This document shows positions 20,069-30,023 of a DNA stretch of 64,000 bases, in pieces. The notes below the pieces were generated by a model that did no database searches, was not told the origin of the DNA, and saw only the letters and a list, made by a program, of their open reading frames with translations. Location of the stretch: positions 12,985 through 76,984 of the IMG/VR virus record IMGVR_UViG_2526164702_000004, one strand, 5' to 3'. Source of the stretch: a virus (lineage: Duplodnaviria; Caudoviricetes). The position numbers were made by a program, and so were the translations under genes. How positions within the stretch are numbered: the stretch's first letter is position 1; every line of letters begins with the position of its first letter.

Positions 20069-20615
20069 TTGGAAAACAGTTAACGAAGAGAATCTGTGGA
20101 AATTCGTTGGTTGGCATTTAGCCAGCAAAGGAATTCATTCTGTTTTGGTCGGTGGGGCTGTCGTTTCAATTTATTCAAAGGGTGCCTACCGTTCCGGCGA
20201 TTTAGATTTAGTCGAGCCACTTATTTCAAAAGCATCGGAAATTAAGTCGGTAATGGAAACAATCGGATTTCGAAAAGTTAGTCGTCATTACGTTCATCCA
20301 AAATGCAAGCATCTATTCATCGAATTTGTATCAGGCCCTGTTTCGATCGGAGAAGATTATAAAATCATACCGGATGAAAAAGAATTCAATGGAAAAATCT
20401 TAAAGATATTTTCGCCTACTGACTGCATACGGGATCGACTTGCATCCTATATTTATTTCTCGTCGCGTGAATGTTTGGACCAGGCTTTGTTAGTAGCCAA
20501 AAGCCAACATTTTAATTTACAACGCGTCAAAGAATGGTGTTCTCAAGAAGGTGCATCCGGTCAAAGGGCATTCGAAGAATTTTATAGTTTATATCTAAAC
20601 AGTAGAAATAAATAA
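20055..20615 (+). CDS. Nucleotidyltransferase-fold protein (AbiEii-like)
   Basis: VLVGGAVVSIY...SGDLDL catalytic motif; overlaps the wHTH gene. Confidence 0.65.
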   Translation: MQEPDWKTVNEENLWKFVGWHLASKGIHSVLVGGAVVSIYSKGAYRSGDLDLVEPLISKASEIKSVMETIGFRKVSRHYVHPKCKHLFIEFVSGPVSIGEDYKIIPDEKEFNGKILKIFSPTDCIRDRLASYIYFSSRECLDQALLVAKSQHFNLQRVKEWCSQEGASGQRAFEEFYSLYLNSRNK

Positions 20616-20643
20616 ATTCGACTGTTCCCTTGTCCTCCGAGCC

Positions 20644-21048
20644 TTAAACTACTGTCAAAGTTTTTTGCTTCGAGAGTATATAACCGAAGAGGGACCTTCT
20701 GAAAGTTTTGTCCAATAATAAGATTTCCTTTCCGGCCTTTTTAAGAAAATCACGATCGCATTCAGACAAAATAATCTTACCATTCTGCTCTCTCTGAATC
20801 TGTTGAGTTTTCTCCTGTACGGTGCTTATAATAGCACTCAATTCCGTTGCATGGATCTGGTCGAAAGAATAGATTATTTTTTCGAACTCATCTGGACTTG
20901 ACAGATTCATAATGTACTCGATTAGACCGCGCTTATATATGGAGATCCAGAACGACCAAACGACATCGGTCACACTGGGGTTTTCGAATTTTGTTTTGGT
21001 TGTTGTTTGCATATTAGGCCGCCCTACCCTGCTCCGTTTTTTCCACAA
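20644..21048 (-). CDS. Hypothetical protein downstream of rep
   Basis: ORF; true start probably MQTTT. Confidence 0.55.
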   Translation of the reverse strand: MWKKRSRVGRPNMQTTTKTKFENPSVTDVVWSFWISIYKRGLIEYIMNLSSPDEFEKIIYSFDQIHATELSAIISTVQEKTQQIQREQNGKIILSECDRDFLKKAGKEILLLDKTFRRSLFGYILSKQKTLTVV

Positions 21049-21763
21049 ATTTTACTGAAATTGGTCTTTTAACCTCTTCAGTAAAATATTTTAGGATAAT
21101 CATAGATAGAGAATTTGTAACTGGTTCGAGTAACCTCAATTCGCTTACCTTGAAATCTATTTTAAGGTTTTTTAAAACATCATTACTTGATCTTGTAAGT
21201 CGTTCTTCTGCCCAGTCGAGGAATCCGTTCCACGTCGGTTCAGATTTGATTTTTTCAGCACTTACGTTTAATGTTTTTTTACTCTCCTCTTTAGTACGTA
21301 CAGCCACGGAACGATTGTCCCAAGCTGCCCTACCCTGTTGTATCCCTCTGTCCTGACCATTTGTCCTAGGCTGACTAGGGTTATTGGCTAAGGCTGTCTT
21401 AGATATTTTATACTGTACGCGCTCCATCACAACCGCGTCGTGTAGTGTGGACCGGATTACTCTGACACGACCGTCGAAAGACACTTGTTCGATGTAGCCA
21501 GCCTTACGTAATCGTGATATATATTTTGCAATTGTTGTCGCAGCCATACCTAGACAAGTTGCTAGATATTCGTTGCCTGCATAACAGCCGTTCCTTCCTT
21601 CACATCGGCCTGCAATATCTAGTAACGTGATTTTTGCGAGGAGGTCTCTAAGTCCTCGTGAGAGTTTAGTATTGATTACGGCACGAGGTATAAACTCGCC
21701 TACGTAGTTTTCTTCCACGTTCTTTTCCTTTTTCACGGTGCGGACATAAATCGGGTGACGCAC
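21014..21763 (-). CDS. rep: Plasmid/prophage replication initiator (HTH)
   Basis: GCYAGNEYLATCLGMAATTIAKYISRLRKAGYIE wHTH; downstream of the par genes. Confidence 0.7.
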   Translation of the reverse strand: MRHPIYVRTVKKEKNVEENYVGEFIPRAVINTKLSRGLRDLLAKITLLDIAGRCEGRNGCYAGNEYLATCLGMAATTIAKYISRLRKAGYIEQVSFDGRVRVIRSTLHDAVVMERVQYKISKTALANNPSQPRTNGQDRGIQQGRAAWDNRSVAVRTKEESKKTLNVSAEKIKSEPTWNGFLDWAEERLTRSSNDVLKNLKIDFKVSELRLLEPVTNSLSMIILKYFTEEVKRPISVKFVEKTEQGRAA

Positions 21764-22123
21764 GGCAAAAGAGTTTTTTACCCTACTCTACTGTCGGGAC
21801 GCATGGGACTAGCGTGGAGCCTGTTCGGATGGTCCTCGATTCTTTGCTTTCGGCCAATAAGTTAGAGCGGCCAAATCTTAGTTATGTCGCCTAAGAATAT
21901 TAGGACTAGAATCAGGTACTAAATAAATGTCAAGCTAAAAAGAGACATAATTTTATTATGGGGTTTTTGGGTAGAATGCCCTTGGGGGCTCTAACCTCCC
22001 CTCGGGCACATAGCAAAGAATCTCGGATGAGATAATCTAATCTAAAACAGGCGTACGGTTTTGGGTACCATTTTTTGAATTTGGGAAAGAAAAAGTTTTA
22101 ACAATTAAAATTTGACACGCGTG

Positions 22124-22756
22124 TCAAATTTGACCTGAGAAGAGTTTTATTTCTTCGTCCATTGATTGTAACTCGAGACTGAATTTTGCCTCTTTTTCTT
22201 TCCTGATTGCGGTTAAATAATCGAGAACGAATTCCGCTTCTTTTTTGGATATTTTCTCACCTGCGTGCTTTCTTTGTCTGATTGATTCAGCTTTTAATTT
22301 TCGCGCTTTCGGAGAATCTTCGTTAAGGGTTTTTGTTGCCTTCGCGATTTCCCGTTTTTCTTTTAAGGCGACGAGGATTTTCCGCTGAGAAATTTGTCCA
22401 AGAGAAAGAACGTATTCTTCGTCTTCGGCGTATTCGATATATCTATAGCCCATGCGAATGGTAAACGAATGATCTCGACCAGAATTTGGACCGATATATT
22501 TTTCGAACCACTTTAAGAATTTTCCGTGCGGCATGGAGTCGCGTTGGGTTTTGAGCATCTTGCCGATAGAGATGTACGATCTAATTGCGTTTCTTACTTG
22601 GTTGTCAGCAGTTTCAGCGAGTGTTAATATCTTCTCAGCGATGGGATCAGTGATTACGAGAGAATTGTTTTGGACAACAACTTCCTCGCTCCCCGCATGT
22701 TCTTCTCCCATCGCCCGTTCTATTCGCTCTTGTCGGCTGAGTTTCTTTTCCGTCAT
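22124..22756 (-). CDS. ParA partner protein (DUF3102-like)
   Basis: YISIGKML...PHGKFLKWFEK...RMGYRYI pattern; overlaps the parA stop. Confidence 0.6.
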   Translation of the reverse strand: MTEKKLSRQERIERAMGEEHAGSEEVVVQNNSLVITDPIAEKILTLAETADNQVRNAIRSYISIGKMLKTQRDSMPHGKFLKWFEKYIGPNSGRDHSFTIRMGYRYIEYAEDEEYVLSLGQISQRKILVALKEKREIAKATKTLNEDSPKARKLKAESIRQRKHAGEKISKKEAEFVLDYLTAIRKEKEAKFSLELQSMDEEIKLFSGQI

Positions 22757-23523
22757 CCAACAACACTCCTGAGAATTTCATTGGCGAGGTCTATGAAGAG
22801 GCTAAAGCTTTTGTCTTTAGTTGATATGGGTTCCTTCGCGTTTTTGGCATTTAGGAAAGCACGGCTCTTGTGGATTACCGTTTTAGTTGTTTCCAAATTT
22901 TTTTTTTGAATTTGTCGTAACATGAACTCTTCTTTGGCTGGCGATATATTACTACGGACGACTCTGAGTTTTGGGCGAAATTGCGGGTCTTTGGTTTGAT
23001 AGAATTTAAGTATTCTCGAAATGCCAGCTAACCCCTGAGTGTCTTCTCCAACCGGTGCGAGTATCATGTCTGAATTATATAGCGCAAATTCCGTAATTGA
23101 GTTTATCAACGGACTGAGATCCATGATTACGAAATCGTAATCTAGGTTTTTGATTTCTTCTGAAAGCATTATAGCAAGACCCGGGTCGCTGTTAAACATT
23201 CCGATCGCACCTTCTACAAGTCCGACAGTAGGAAGAACGTCGAAACCATGAGGTGATCCTTTCCATATCGCCTCCTTTATAGTGTGAGCACCAGAAAGAA
23301 CTGTGTACCAGTTCCGTTTTTTTAAATTTGAATAATCGGTATGATAAGAAAGTGTCACATCCGTTGCATTGTTATTCTCCTCTAAGTCCATTAGGAGAAC
23401 TGATTTTCCAAGAAAGACAAGAGCTTGTCCGAGTCCCATCGCGTCTGTTGTTTTTCCAACGCCACCTTTATGGGCAACGAAACACAAAACAAAAGGTTTT
23501 TTTGTGAGAAGGTTTTTTTTCAT
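22753..23523 (-). CDS. parA: ParA partition ATPase
   Basis: Deviant Walker A HKGGVGKTT, LLMDL...N, DFVIMDLSP. Confidence 0.9.
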   Translation of the reverse strand: MKKNLLTKKPFVLCFVAHKGGVGKTTDAMGLGQALVFLGKSVLLMDLEENNNATDVTLSYHTDYSNLKKRNWYTVLSGAHTIKEAIWKGSPHGFDVLPTVGLVEGAIGMFNSDPGLAIMLSEEIKNLDYDFVIMDLSPLINSITEFALYNSDMILAPVGEDTQGLAGISRILKFYQTKDPQFRPKLRVVRSNISPAKEEFMLRQIQKKNLETTKTVIHKSRAFLNAKNAKEPISTKDKSFSLFIDLANEILRSVVG

Positions 23524-23954
23524 TTCGTAAAAAAAATAAAAAATACTTTGATGCTGCAAAGCAATAATTTTGTTACAGGACCTCAAAAAACGGGCCTATT
23601 TTGTTAGAGATTTCCGGAAAAAATTTTGGGGTATCATACCAAGCTGCCGAAATACGGTGCGATAACATAAATAGGGAGATGAAAGATCCAAGAAAAAAGC
23701 CCAGATTTTTGAAATCTTAGGCTCTCAAGATTTGTTTTGATACCAGCTTAGGAGCTGGCTGGGCTTCTGTGAAGTAGTTTTTTTGGAATACCTGACATTA
23801 TGGGTGCCACCCTTTGATAAAAAGATTATCGTACGGCGCTGTAAAATAGCAAAGCACCTTTTTTCTAATATTCTAAAAAAATTAATTTCTGGAGCTTTTT
23901 TACTGGATTTTCTGGAGAATTTTCCGTTCTTAAATAAGCCAAGAAGACAAAAAA

Positions 23955-24167
23955 ATGAAAACCGCTACAATCGAGATCAAAGAATCCTATAAATCCCAAA
24001 GACTCCCAGTTTACGCAAAGGACAGAGACGGAAGACAATTGCCGACTCATATCAACCTCAATCAACACGGAGAGGTTTTTGCCTCGCATGCCGAAAAGGT
24101 CGGTTATTGTGGAATGGAAAGAGCCGACTTGCTACAGAGGGATTGGACGAAGAAGAATAAAATCTAA
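23955..24167 (+). CDS. Hypothetical protein
   Basis: 70-aa ORF divergent from parA. Confidence 0.5.
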   Translation: MKTATIEIKESYKSQRLPVYAKDRDGRQLPTHINLNQHGEVFASHAEKVGYCGMERADLLQRDWTKKNKI

Positions 24168-24204
24168 TCCAAACACTGGCCCAAACTTAGGGTCGGTTAT
24201 TAAA

Positions 24205-24522
24205 ATGATCACTCATACAATGATAACAACACAAGAGGCAAAGCTTGAGAAGTTTTGCCTTACGTATATTAATCAAGCTTGCGAAAAATTTGGAAAACAA
24301 TCGTTGTCCCAACAAATTGCAAGTGAACCGTTTATCCAAAAACACGGTAGTGGTGACCAATACTTGGATATTATGCTCGGACGGTATTACGAGTCCAAGC
24401 GGCACAGAAAATCTAATATCGATAAATTGCTAGAGATTTGTGGGCGTATATCTAAGTTAGACAATACGCCTTTAACCGGTAATATGTCTCATTCCTACCA
24501 CACCAAAGACAAAACAAACTGA
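24205..24522 (+). CDS. Hypothetical protein
   Basis: ATG at 24205 within the tracked ORF. Confidence 0.5.
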   Translation: MITHTMITTQEAKLEKFCLTYINQACEKFGKQSLSQQIASEPFIQKHGSGDQYLDIMLGRYYESKRHRKSNIDKLLEICGRISKLDNTPLTGNMSHSYHTKDKTN

Positions 24523-24747
24523 GTAAATTACTGTTTACAGGCCGTTATCAATTTGATAAATTGCGTAGTGTTTGTTGGTATCAACTTTTATAAACAAAAT
24601 TGTTGTAATGGACTTACCGATACAGGCGATAAATAGAGAGAGTACCGTCTAAATTAATGGGGTAGGGGGATTGCTTCCGAAACAAACATTGGCAGTTCCG
24701 TTATTTTTTAGCCTTCGTAAAAAAATATATACTGGTAAACTTGAATA

Positions 24748-25479
24748 ATGATGACACCTCATTCCACAGCCAAAGCCGTTCGACGGCTGTCCGAAGAAGC
24801 ACTTGGCCGATTATATTTTTCAAACGGACCTTCGGTAGATAATTTCAGCCTATTGCGATATAAAAAAATTTTTGAATCAATGCTTTTAAACGGCGAAGCG
24901 GATGAACAAGACATTGCCGCTTTGGGAATGGTTTATTTTAATCTGAGTGATAAAGATAATTTTGAAAAATGCCTCATCCAAAATATGGAACGTTTAAACT
25001 CAGTGTACTTACTCAAAATGTATGTGTCTGGTAAGCTACACATGAAATGGCTTAATAAATCCAAAGATTCGGAAGATGAACTTTTGTCTTTTTGGTTTAA
25101 TCATCCAATTAATAAAGATAAGAGTTCAATTGATTTTAACTCTTACTTAAGGGAAATTGCCTTCCTGAAAAGGCTTTATGTTTTGGAACACACTTTATGT
25201 GTAATGATTTCTATCTCTGAAAATAGAACCGTTACGATGACTGCAGGGCCTTTGAAATATATGATAGAATATGATGCCATACCAAGTGCTAATTTTAGGT
25301 ATCAATTTTGTAAGGAAATATCAATAGACGTTTTTAATAAAACTTTTACAAAAGAGAAGCAAGAATTTTTGAGATATTACATGGGTTCAAAATTTTTTGA
25401 GTCAGCACTGAAAATGATAACCCCTAAAAAAATTTCCACTTTGCCAAACAAATCTAAATATTTCATTGCAGACATTTGA
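24748..25479 (+). CDS. Hypothetical protein
   Basis: 243-aa ORF; no recognisable motif. Confidence 0.6.
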   Translation: MMTPHSTAKAVRRLSEEALGRLYFSNGPSVDNFSLLRYKKIFESMLLNGEADEQDIAALGMVYFNLSDKDNFEKCLIQNMERLNSVYLLKMYVSGKLHMKWLNKSKDSEDELLSFWFNHPINKDKSSIDFNSYLREIAFLKRLYVLEHTLCVMISISENRTVTMTAGPLKYMIEYDAIPSANFRYQFCKEISIDVFNKTFTKEKQEFLRYYMGSKFFESALKMITPKKISTLPNKSKYFIADI

Positions 25480-25772
25480 TTTCGTGTGGAGGCAACTACA
25501 TTAGTAAACCCTTCTATTCGAAAAATAGGGAAGCGGATTTTTGTTCTGCATTGTGTAGAGTTAAGAAAAGGAGTATGTTTGGACTTAAGGCGTTTGATTT
25601 TTTTCCAGGTGGGGAATTTCCTCACCTGTTTCGAGTTATTAAGTCTTATAAGAATCAAAAGTGTCGTTGTCAATTGTTGACTATGCCGATAGATTAGTAT
25701 ATATCGTAACTAAGATATATAAACATAGGAGTGGACAAATCAAGAGGGCAAAATCTTGTGGGGTAGAATAAA

Positions 25773-26282
25773 ATGATAGAAATTGGAAAAGTAGTATTAT
25801 TCGGGAAAATTTGGCGCCATGTGAATGGGCATTCTCTGAAAATTCATTATCTGATTTTCGAACAAAAAGGTCCCGAAGATGAGTCTGGATATGCGGCTGT
25901 TGCACTTGAGTTAGGATTATTCTCTTGGGGAATTGACGAGATAAAGTCTAAATCAAATCTTTTTCAACATATTGAAGAATATCTATCCTCACTAAAAGAA
26001 AATGAGGGCCTGTATGAGTTGCTCAAAAATACTCAATTAGAGGAGTATTGGGGAATTTATAGGCAACTTTTATTTCTTTGCGGAGATCCAGAGACAGATA
26101 AGTTAAGAGCAGTATCTAAAGAAAACGAAGAATTAAAAAATTCTAATTCCATTGTTGAGGAAAAATTTAGAGAATCTGAAGAAAGAAATTCTGAGTTAAA
26201 AGTTTCTCTTTCGATGCTTCAGGGTCTTTACGAAAATTTGAAAAAAGAAAAATCAAGCGTAGATACTCAAGTTGCATCCTGA
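25773..26282 (+). CDS. Divergent HicB-like protein with coiled-coil tail
   Basis: GYAAVALELGLFSWG...NLFQHIEEYL matches the HicB partial RNase H pattern. Confidence 0.45.
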   Translation: MIEIGKVVLFGKIWRHVNGHSLKIHYLIFEQKGPEDESGYAAVALELGLFSWGIDEIKSKSNLFQHIEEYLSSLKENEGLYELLKNTQLEEYWGIYRQLLFLCGDPETDKLRAVSKENEELKNSNSIVEEKFRESEERNSELKVSLSMLQGLYENLKKEKSSVDTQVAS

Positions 26283-26538
26283 TTGGTTAAGTTATGAAAA
26301 AGTAATCGAAAAGCTCAAGGTAAAATTCTTGGGCTTAGTAATCCAAACGGATAGTAAAATTTCCACTGGTGCAACAAAAGATTATGTGCATGTAGATTTG
26401 TATTTTCCGGATCGGAAGTATCCAATACCCTTACATTGTTATCTACCGAAAAAAGCAATTTATAGAAATCGCTTCTTGGTTATTTGCAATACGATCAATT
26501 TAGACATTCGAGAATTCGACAGTGAGTGTAGATTTTAA
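26272..26538 (+). CDS. Divergent HicA-like protein
   Basis: 88 aa; VIEKL..YVH..IPLH..I...I...LDIREF spacing like HicA; overlaps the upstream gene. Confidence 0.4.
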   Translation: MHPDWLSYEKVIEKLKVKFLGLVIQTDSKISTGATKDYVHVDLYFPDRKYPIPLHCYLPKKAIYRNRFLVICNTINLDIREFDSECRF

Positions 26539-26792
26539 ATTCAATAATTTATTTCCAAGTCTCAATACATCACATTAAAAAACCCTAATGCGTTATATCT
26601 CGTGTCAAATTGGGCAAAAGTAAAAATCGTTCATTTTTTCGAAACTCGTATCAAGTATGCGTCGGATAATCTGAGGCCCGACGATGACTGTGCTGAGAAA
26701 AAAGATAATAGACTTACTTTTAGAATTCGCTGAAGATATTAAAAAAAATAAAGATTCGATTTTAAAACAATCCGAAAGATACGCTGATAAAC

Positions 26793-27215
26793 TTATTGCC
26801 GTCTTCCAGGAAAAAACCGATCAAAAATAGAGAGGAAGATTTTACGCTCCCTCTCGTCTAACTCTAATAGCCGCTCGATCATTGGCCTAAACCCAGATTC
26901 GTCCAATCGTCGATTGAATACGCGATTCCGATCTATTTCGTAAATCGTTTCAATTTGATTTTGAGTGAGTGATTCAAGCAGGTCTTTGGAAACAAATTTT
27001 TCTCCGTCTCCAAAGATTAACCAGAATGGTGAATAGCCGTAATTAAGCATTATTTTATAAGCAAGGTCAAAAGGTATATCACGTTTATTTGATAAATAAA
27101 GTGAGATTACTTCGGGAAAAGTATCGCAAGCCGCAGCCAGCTCTTTTGATAACAAATTAGTTTCCTCTAATATGATTTCGAGCCTTGTGCTTTGTCCTTT
27201 ATCTTTATGTCTCAT
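26793..27215 (-). CDS. XRE-like transcriptional regulator
   Basis: KELAAACDTFPEVISLYLSNKRDIP...SPFWLIFGDG. Confidence 0.75.
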   Translation of the reverse strand: MRHKDKGQSTRLEIILEETNLLSKELAAACDTFPEVISLYLSNKRDIPFDLAYKIMLNYGYSPFWLIFGDGEKFVSKDLLESLTQNQIETIYEIDRNRVFNRRLDESGFRPMIERLLELDERERKIFLSIFDRFFPGRRQ

Positions 27216-27240
27216 ATATAAATTTATGTCGCTTTAAAAA

Positions 27241-27319
27241 ATTAACGTTTTGTTAATTTTTGATTTGACTTTGCAAAACTTTTGCCTCAAATTCGGGACA
27301 AAATTAACGTTTTGTTAAT
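27241..27319. promoter_or_regulatory. Two identical palindromic operators between divergent genes
   Basis: ATTAAC-GTTTT-GTTAAT at 27241-27257 and 27303-27319. Confidence 0.75.
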
Positions 27320-27402
27320 ATTATGTTTTCGGTGATCAGGAGAGCGAAAATGAGCGAAAAATTTGATATATTTTTAAAGCGGATTTAGATTACTTAACAT
27401 TT

Positions 27403-28311
27403 GTGAAGTTGTTGGAAATAGGTATGGTTTTATCGGTTTGTGTTTCGTTTTTTGTTTTTTGGTTGGGGATTTACGTTTATCGTAATTCGATTCAAAGCGA
27501 GTCCTCTCAAAAGTGGTTTTTGTTATTTGCGTTATCCCTTGGAGCCTGGGTTTTTATTTTGGGTGCGCGCAATGTGGTAATGCTGGAATTGCGTGAATTT
27601 TTGCATGAGTTGACCCTTATCCCGATCTTGTTTACTCCGTATCTATTTTTTAGGTTTGTTAAAAGTCTATTTAATCCTCAATACAAACAGAGTAGGGTAG
27701 GGCTTGCAATAAACACGGCACTAATAACGTATTTTTTGTATTGTGCTATTACTCGTCAATTTGTGCAACTTTTGGATACAGTCAATTTTGCGTATAAGCC
27801 AACATATAAATATCATATATTTATAATATACTGTGCTACGTATTTTATAGGCTCTTTGGTTGTGTTGTGGTTAGAGGTTAGACGCTATCAGCAACACAAA
27901 ATACAGGCTATACTGATCACGACCGGGACTCTAATCGCTGTGGCTATTTGTGTTTTGTTTGTTTATATTTTGCCTTTGCAGGGGATTTTCCTTGCACCTT
28001 ATTCGGCTGTCGGTGTTGCAATAGCAGGTCTATTTTTCGCTGCCGCAGCTTTGCTGGGCAACGCTTTGATTACGAACGCAAATATTGAGTCAGGGGATCC
28101 TGTGCCAAGATTTAGCAGGACGGTCGTATTGTTGGTTGTTGTAATTTACAAATATGTTGATCCGATTGAATTTCTGATCTTGGCATACAAGTTAGAAAAA
28201 ACTAACAAGAGGCTTTGGGGATTATTTCGGGCGTTATATTTAGAGGATGTAGATATAGGGGCTCATATCCAAAAAACAGCAAAAGAAATAACAATGGAAT
28301 CAAACTTATGA
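27403..28311 (+). CDS. 7TM membrane protein resembling the HisKA_7TM sensor domain, without a kinase
   Basis: Seven hydrophobic segments; no H-box or HATPase motifs. Confidence 0.6.
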   Translation: MKLLEIGMVLSVCVSFFVFWLGIYVYRNSIQSESSQKWFLLFALSLGAWVFILGARNVVMLELREFLHELTLIPILFTPYLFFRFVKSLFNPQYKQSRVGLAINTALITYFLYCAITRQFVQLLDTVNFAYKPTYKYHIFIIYCATYFIGSLVVLWLEVRRYQQHKIQAILITTGTLIAVAICVLFVYILPLQGIFLAPYSAVGVAIAGLFFAAAALLGNALITNANIESGDPVPRFSRTVVLLVVVIYKYVDPIEFLILAYKLEKTNKRLWGLFRALYLEDVDIGAHIQKTAKEITMESNL

Positions 28312-28502
28312 AACTTATTATGCCAAACATAAGATTTAAGTGTGACCATTGTGGTGCTATAAACGAGGGAGTGCCAAGTGAATTTAAAAAGAAAAATACT
28401 TATCCGCCCACTTGGGACGGCACTTGCGTCTTGTGTAGCAATGATTCAGTTATTACGCACCCGGCATTAATCTCAATATTAGTTGGGCGCCTTTTTGAGT
28501 AG
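28308..28502 (+). CDS. Small Zn-ribbon protein
   Basis: CDHC...CVLC; ATGA-coupled to the upstream gene. Confidence 0.55.
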   Translation: MKLIMPNIRFKCDHCGAINEGVPSEFKKKNTYPPTWDGTCVLCSNDSVITHPALISILVGRLFE

Positions 28503-28590
28503 CTATTAACGTAACTTAATATTTGTTTACAACTAAACAAAGCCTTTAGTGAGTTCTTGACAAAAACCAAATTTAATCTATTTTTGAGAC

Positions 28591-28815
28591 ATGGATTATA
28601 AAAATAGATTAAGTGCCAATCCAAATGTCATGCTGGGAAAACCGGTGATAAAAGGAACGCGGATTACCGTAGAACTTATCCTTGAAAGATTGGGAGAAGG
28701 ATTGTCAATTGAAGAGATTCTAACCGCAACTCCTGGTATTGTAAGAGATGATATTTTAGCATGTCTATCTTACTCTAGCGAAGTCATATCACGAGAAAGT
28801 TTACTTGCAAGTTAA
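28591..28815 (+). CDS. DUF433-family antitoxin
   Basis: NPNVMLGKPVIKGTRITVELILE..G.S.EEIL...DILACLSY. Confidence 0.9.
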   Translation: MDYKNRLSANPNVMLGKPVIKGTRITVELILERLGEGLSIEEILTATPGIVRDDILACLSYSSEVISRESLLAS

Positions 28816-28873
28816 TATTCTTGCAGACGAAAACGTTGATTTTCGAATAATTCAACCGATATATAAATACTGA
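28805..28873 (+). pseudogene. Truncated DUF5615 (PIN-like) toxin
   Basis: MQVNILADENVDFRIIQPIYKY*; the LADEN N-terminal motif stops after 22 aa. Confidence 0.65.
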
Positions 28874-28893
28874 TTACTGAGGAAACGAAAACA

Positions 28894-29052
28894 ATGGCTG
28901 CAACACCAATTCAAAAGATACCAACGCTTACGGGTGAGGCCGCAAAACGCTTTATTGAACGAGCAGATTCAACGGAGCGCCCAACTCTATCCATTTCTGA
29001 GCAACAAAGAAAAATGTACGCCGCACTCTCAGAAAAAAACAAACAAAAATAA
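28894..29052 (+). CDS. Small antitoxin-like protein of the type found upstream of GNAT toxins
   Basis: 52 aa MAATPIQKIPTLTGEAAKRFIERAD..., with RBS GAGG. Confidence 0.55.
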   Translation: MAATPIQKIPTLTGEAAKRFIERADSTERPTLSISEQQRKMYAALSEKNKQK

Positions 29053-29069
29053 TCTTCTCTTTGTGGAGT

Positions 29070-29150
29070 TACCAAGTTTCAGCACAAGGTGTTTATCCTG
29101 CTGTACTAATAGGATTTGCGATTCATTCTGAATTTCTAATTAAAAAATAA
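29070..29150 (+). pseudogene. GNAT toxin remnant
   Basis: YPAVLIG-FAIHSEF resembles the YPAVLIGRLAV motif; no start codon. Confidence 0.45.
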
Positions 29151-29240
29151 GTGACATAAAAGGCACAGGATTGTATAATTTGCCATTATTAAATTGTCCT
29201 GTATTTGTGATAACATGTAGCAAATATAGTTTTATGTATT

Positions 29241-30014
29241 ATGATGGGCACAATGGCAACCGCAAGAAAACGTAATTCAAACCGTTCATCTGGTGAGCGT
29301 TTGCTTTTTGATTTTCAAAAATCAAAAGAAGAATTAGAACAAGAAGCCCTTGAAAAAGAATATTATGATTATCTTTTTCGTATCGATGCAAAAGTTACAC
29401 GTTTTGCTTTTGATTCTGTATTAAATAATTCTAAATCATCTGGTGCAATTCCACTTTTTTACAAAGGCGATTCTACACTTTTGCGTAGACGTGCAGTTTC
29501 GATTGTCGGCACCCGCAATCCATCTAAAAAGGGTCAAGAGACCGCTGCAGCAATTACAGAAGCAGTTATAAAACTTGGATTTGTAGTAGTATCAGGTCTT
29601 GCAAAGGGTATTGATTCCGTAGCACATTCAACCGCTTTAGTAGCCAAGGGCTCGACTATTGCAGTTTTAGGTACACCAATACATAAGATTTATCCTGCAG
29701 AAAATAAATTTTTAGCAGAAGAAATTTCAGAGAATGGACTGATACTATCCATGAATCTACCACATGAGGAGAAAGGGACTTATCTTTTTCCTAGACGAAA
29801 TAGATTAATGGCACTAATGACCGAAGCAACAATTGTTGTCGAAGCAGGTGAAACTTCTGGGGTAATTCATCAAGCTGCAGAATGCAAACGGCTGCATAAA
29901 AAGTTAATTTTTTCAAAATCTCTTGTCGAACAAAAATACGATTGGGTTTCTAAATTTATCAATAGTGGCGCGTTAGTCGCAGAAAGTTCTAACCATCTAA
30001 AGCAGATTCTTTAA
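29241..30014 (+). CDS. DprA/Smf-like protein
   Basis: LFYKGD..AVSIVGTRNPS..VSGLAKGIDSVAH..FPRRNRLMA. Confidence 0.9.
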   Translation: MMGTMATARKRNSNRSSGERLLFDFQKSKEELEQEALEKEYYDYLFRIDAKVTRFAFDSVLNNSKSSGAIPLFYKGDSTLLRRRAVSIVGTRNPSKKGQETAAAITEAVIKLGFVVVSGLAKGIDSVAHSTALVAKGSTIAVLGTPIHKIYPAENKFLAEEISENGLILSMNLPHEEKGTYLFPRRNRLMALMTEATIVVEAGETSGVIHQAAECKRLHKKLIFSKSLVEQKYDWVSKFINSGALVAESSNHLKQIL

Positions 30015-30023
30015 AAGATACTC

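Noticed and set aside
21780-22120. parS centromere or antisense copy-control RNA upstream of rep
   Set aside because: Only short, unrelated inverted repeats were seen (TCTTAG/CTAAGA, a GCCC hairpin), with no repeated consensus I can defend.
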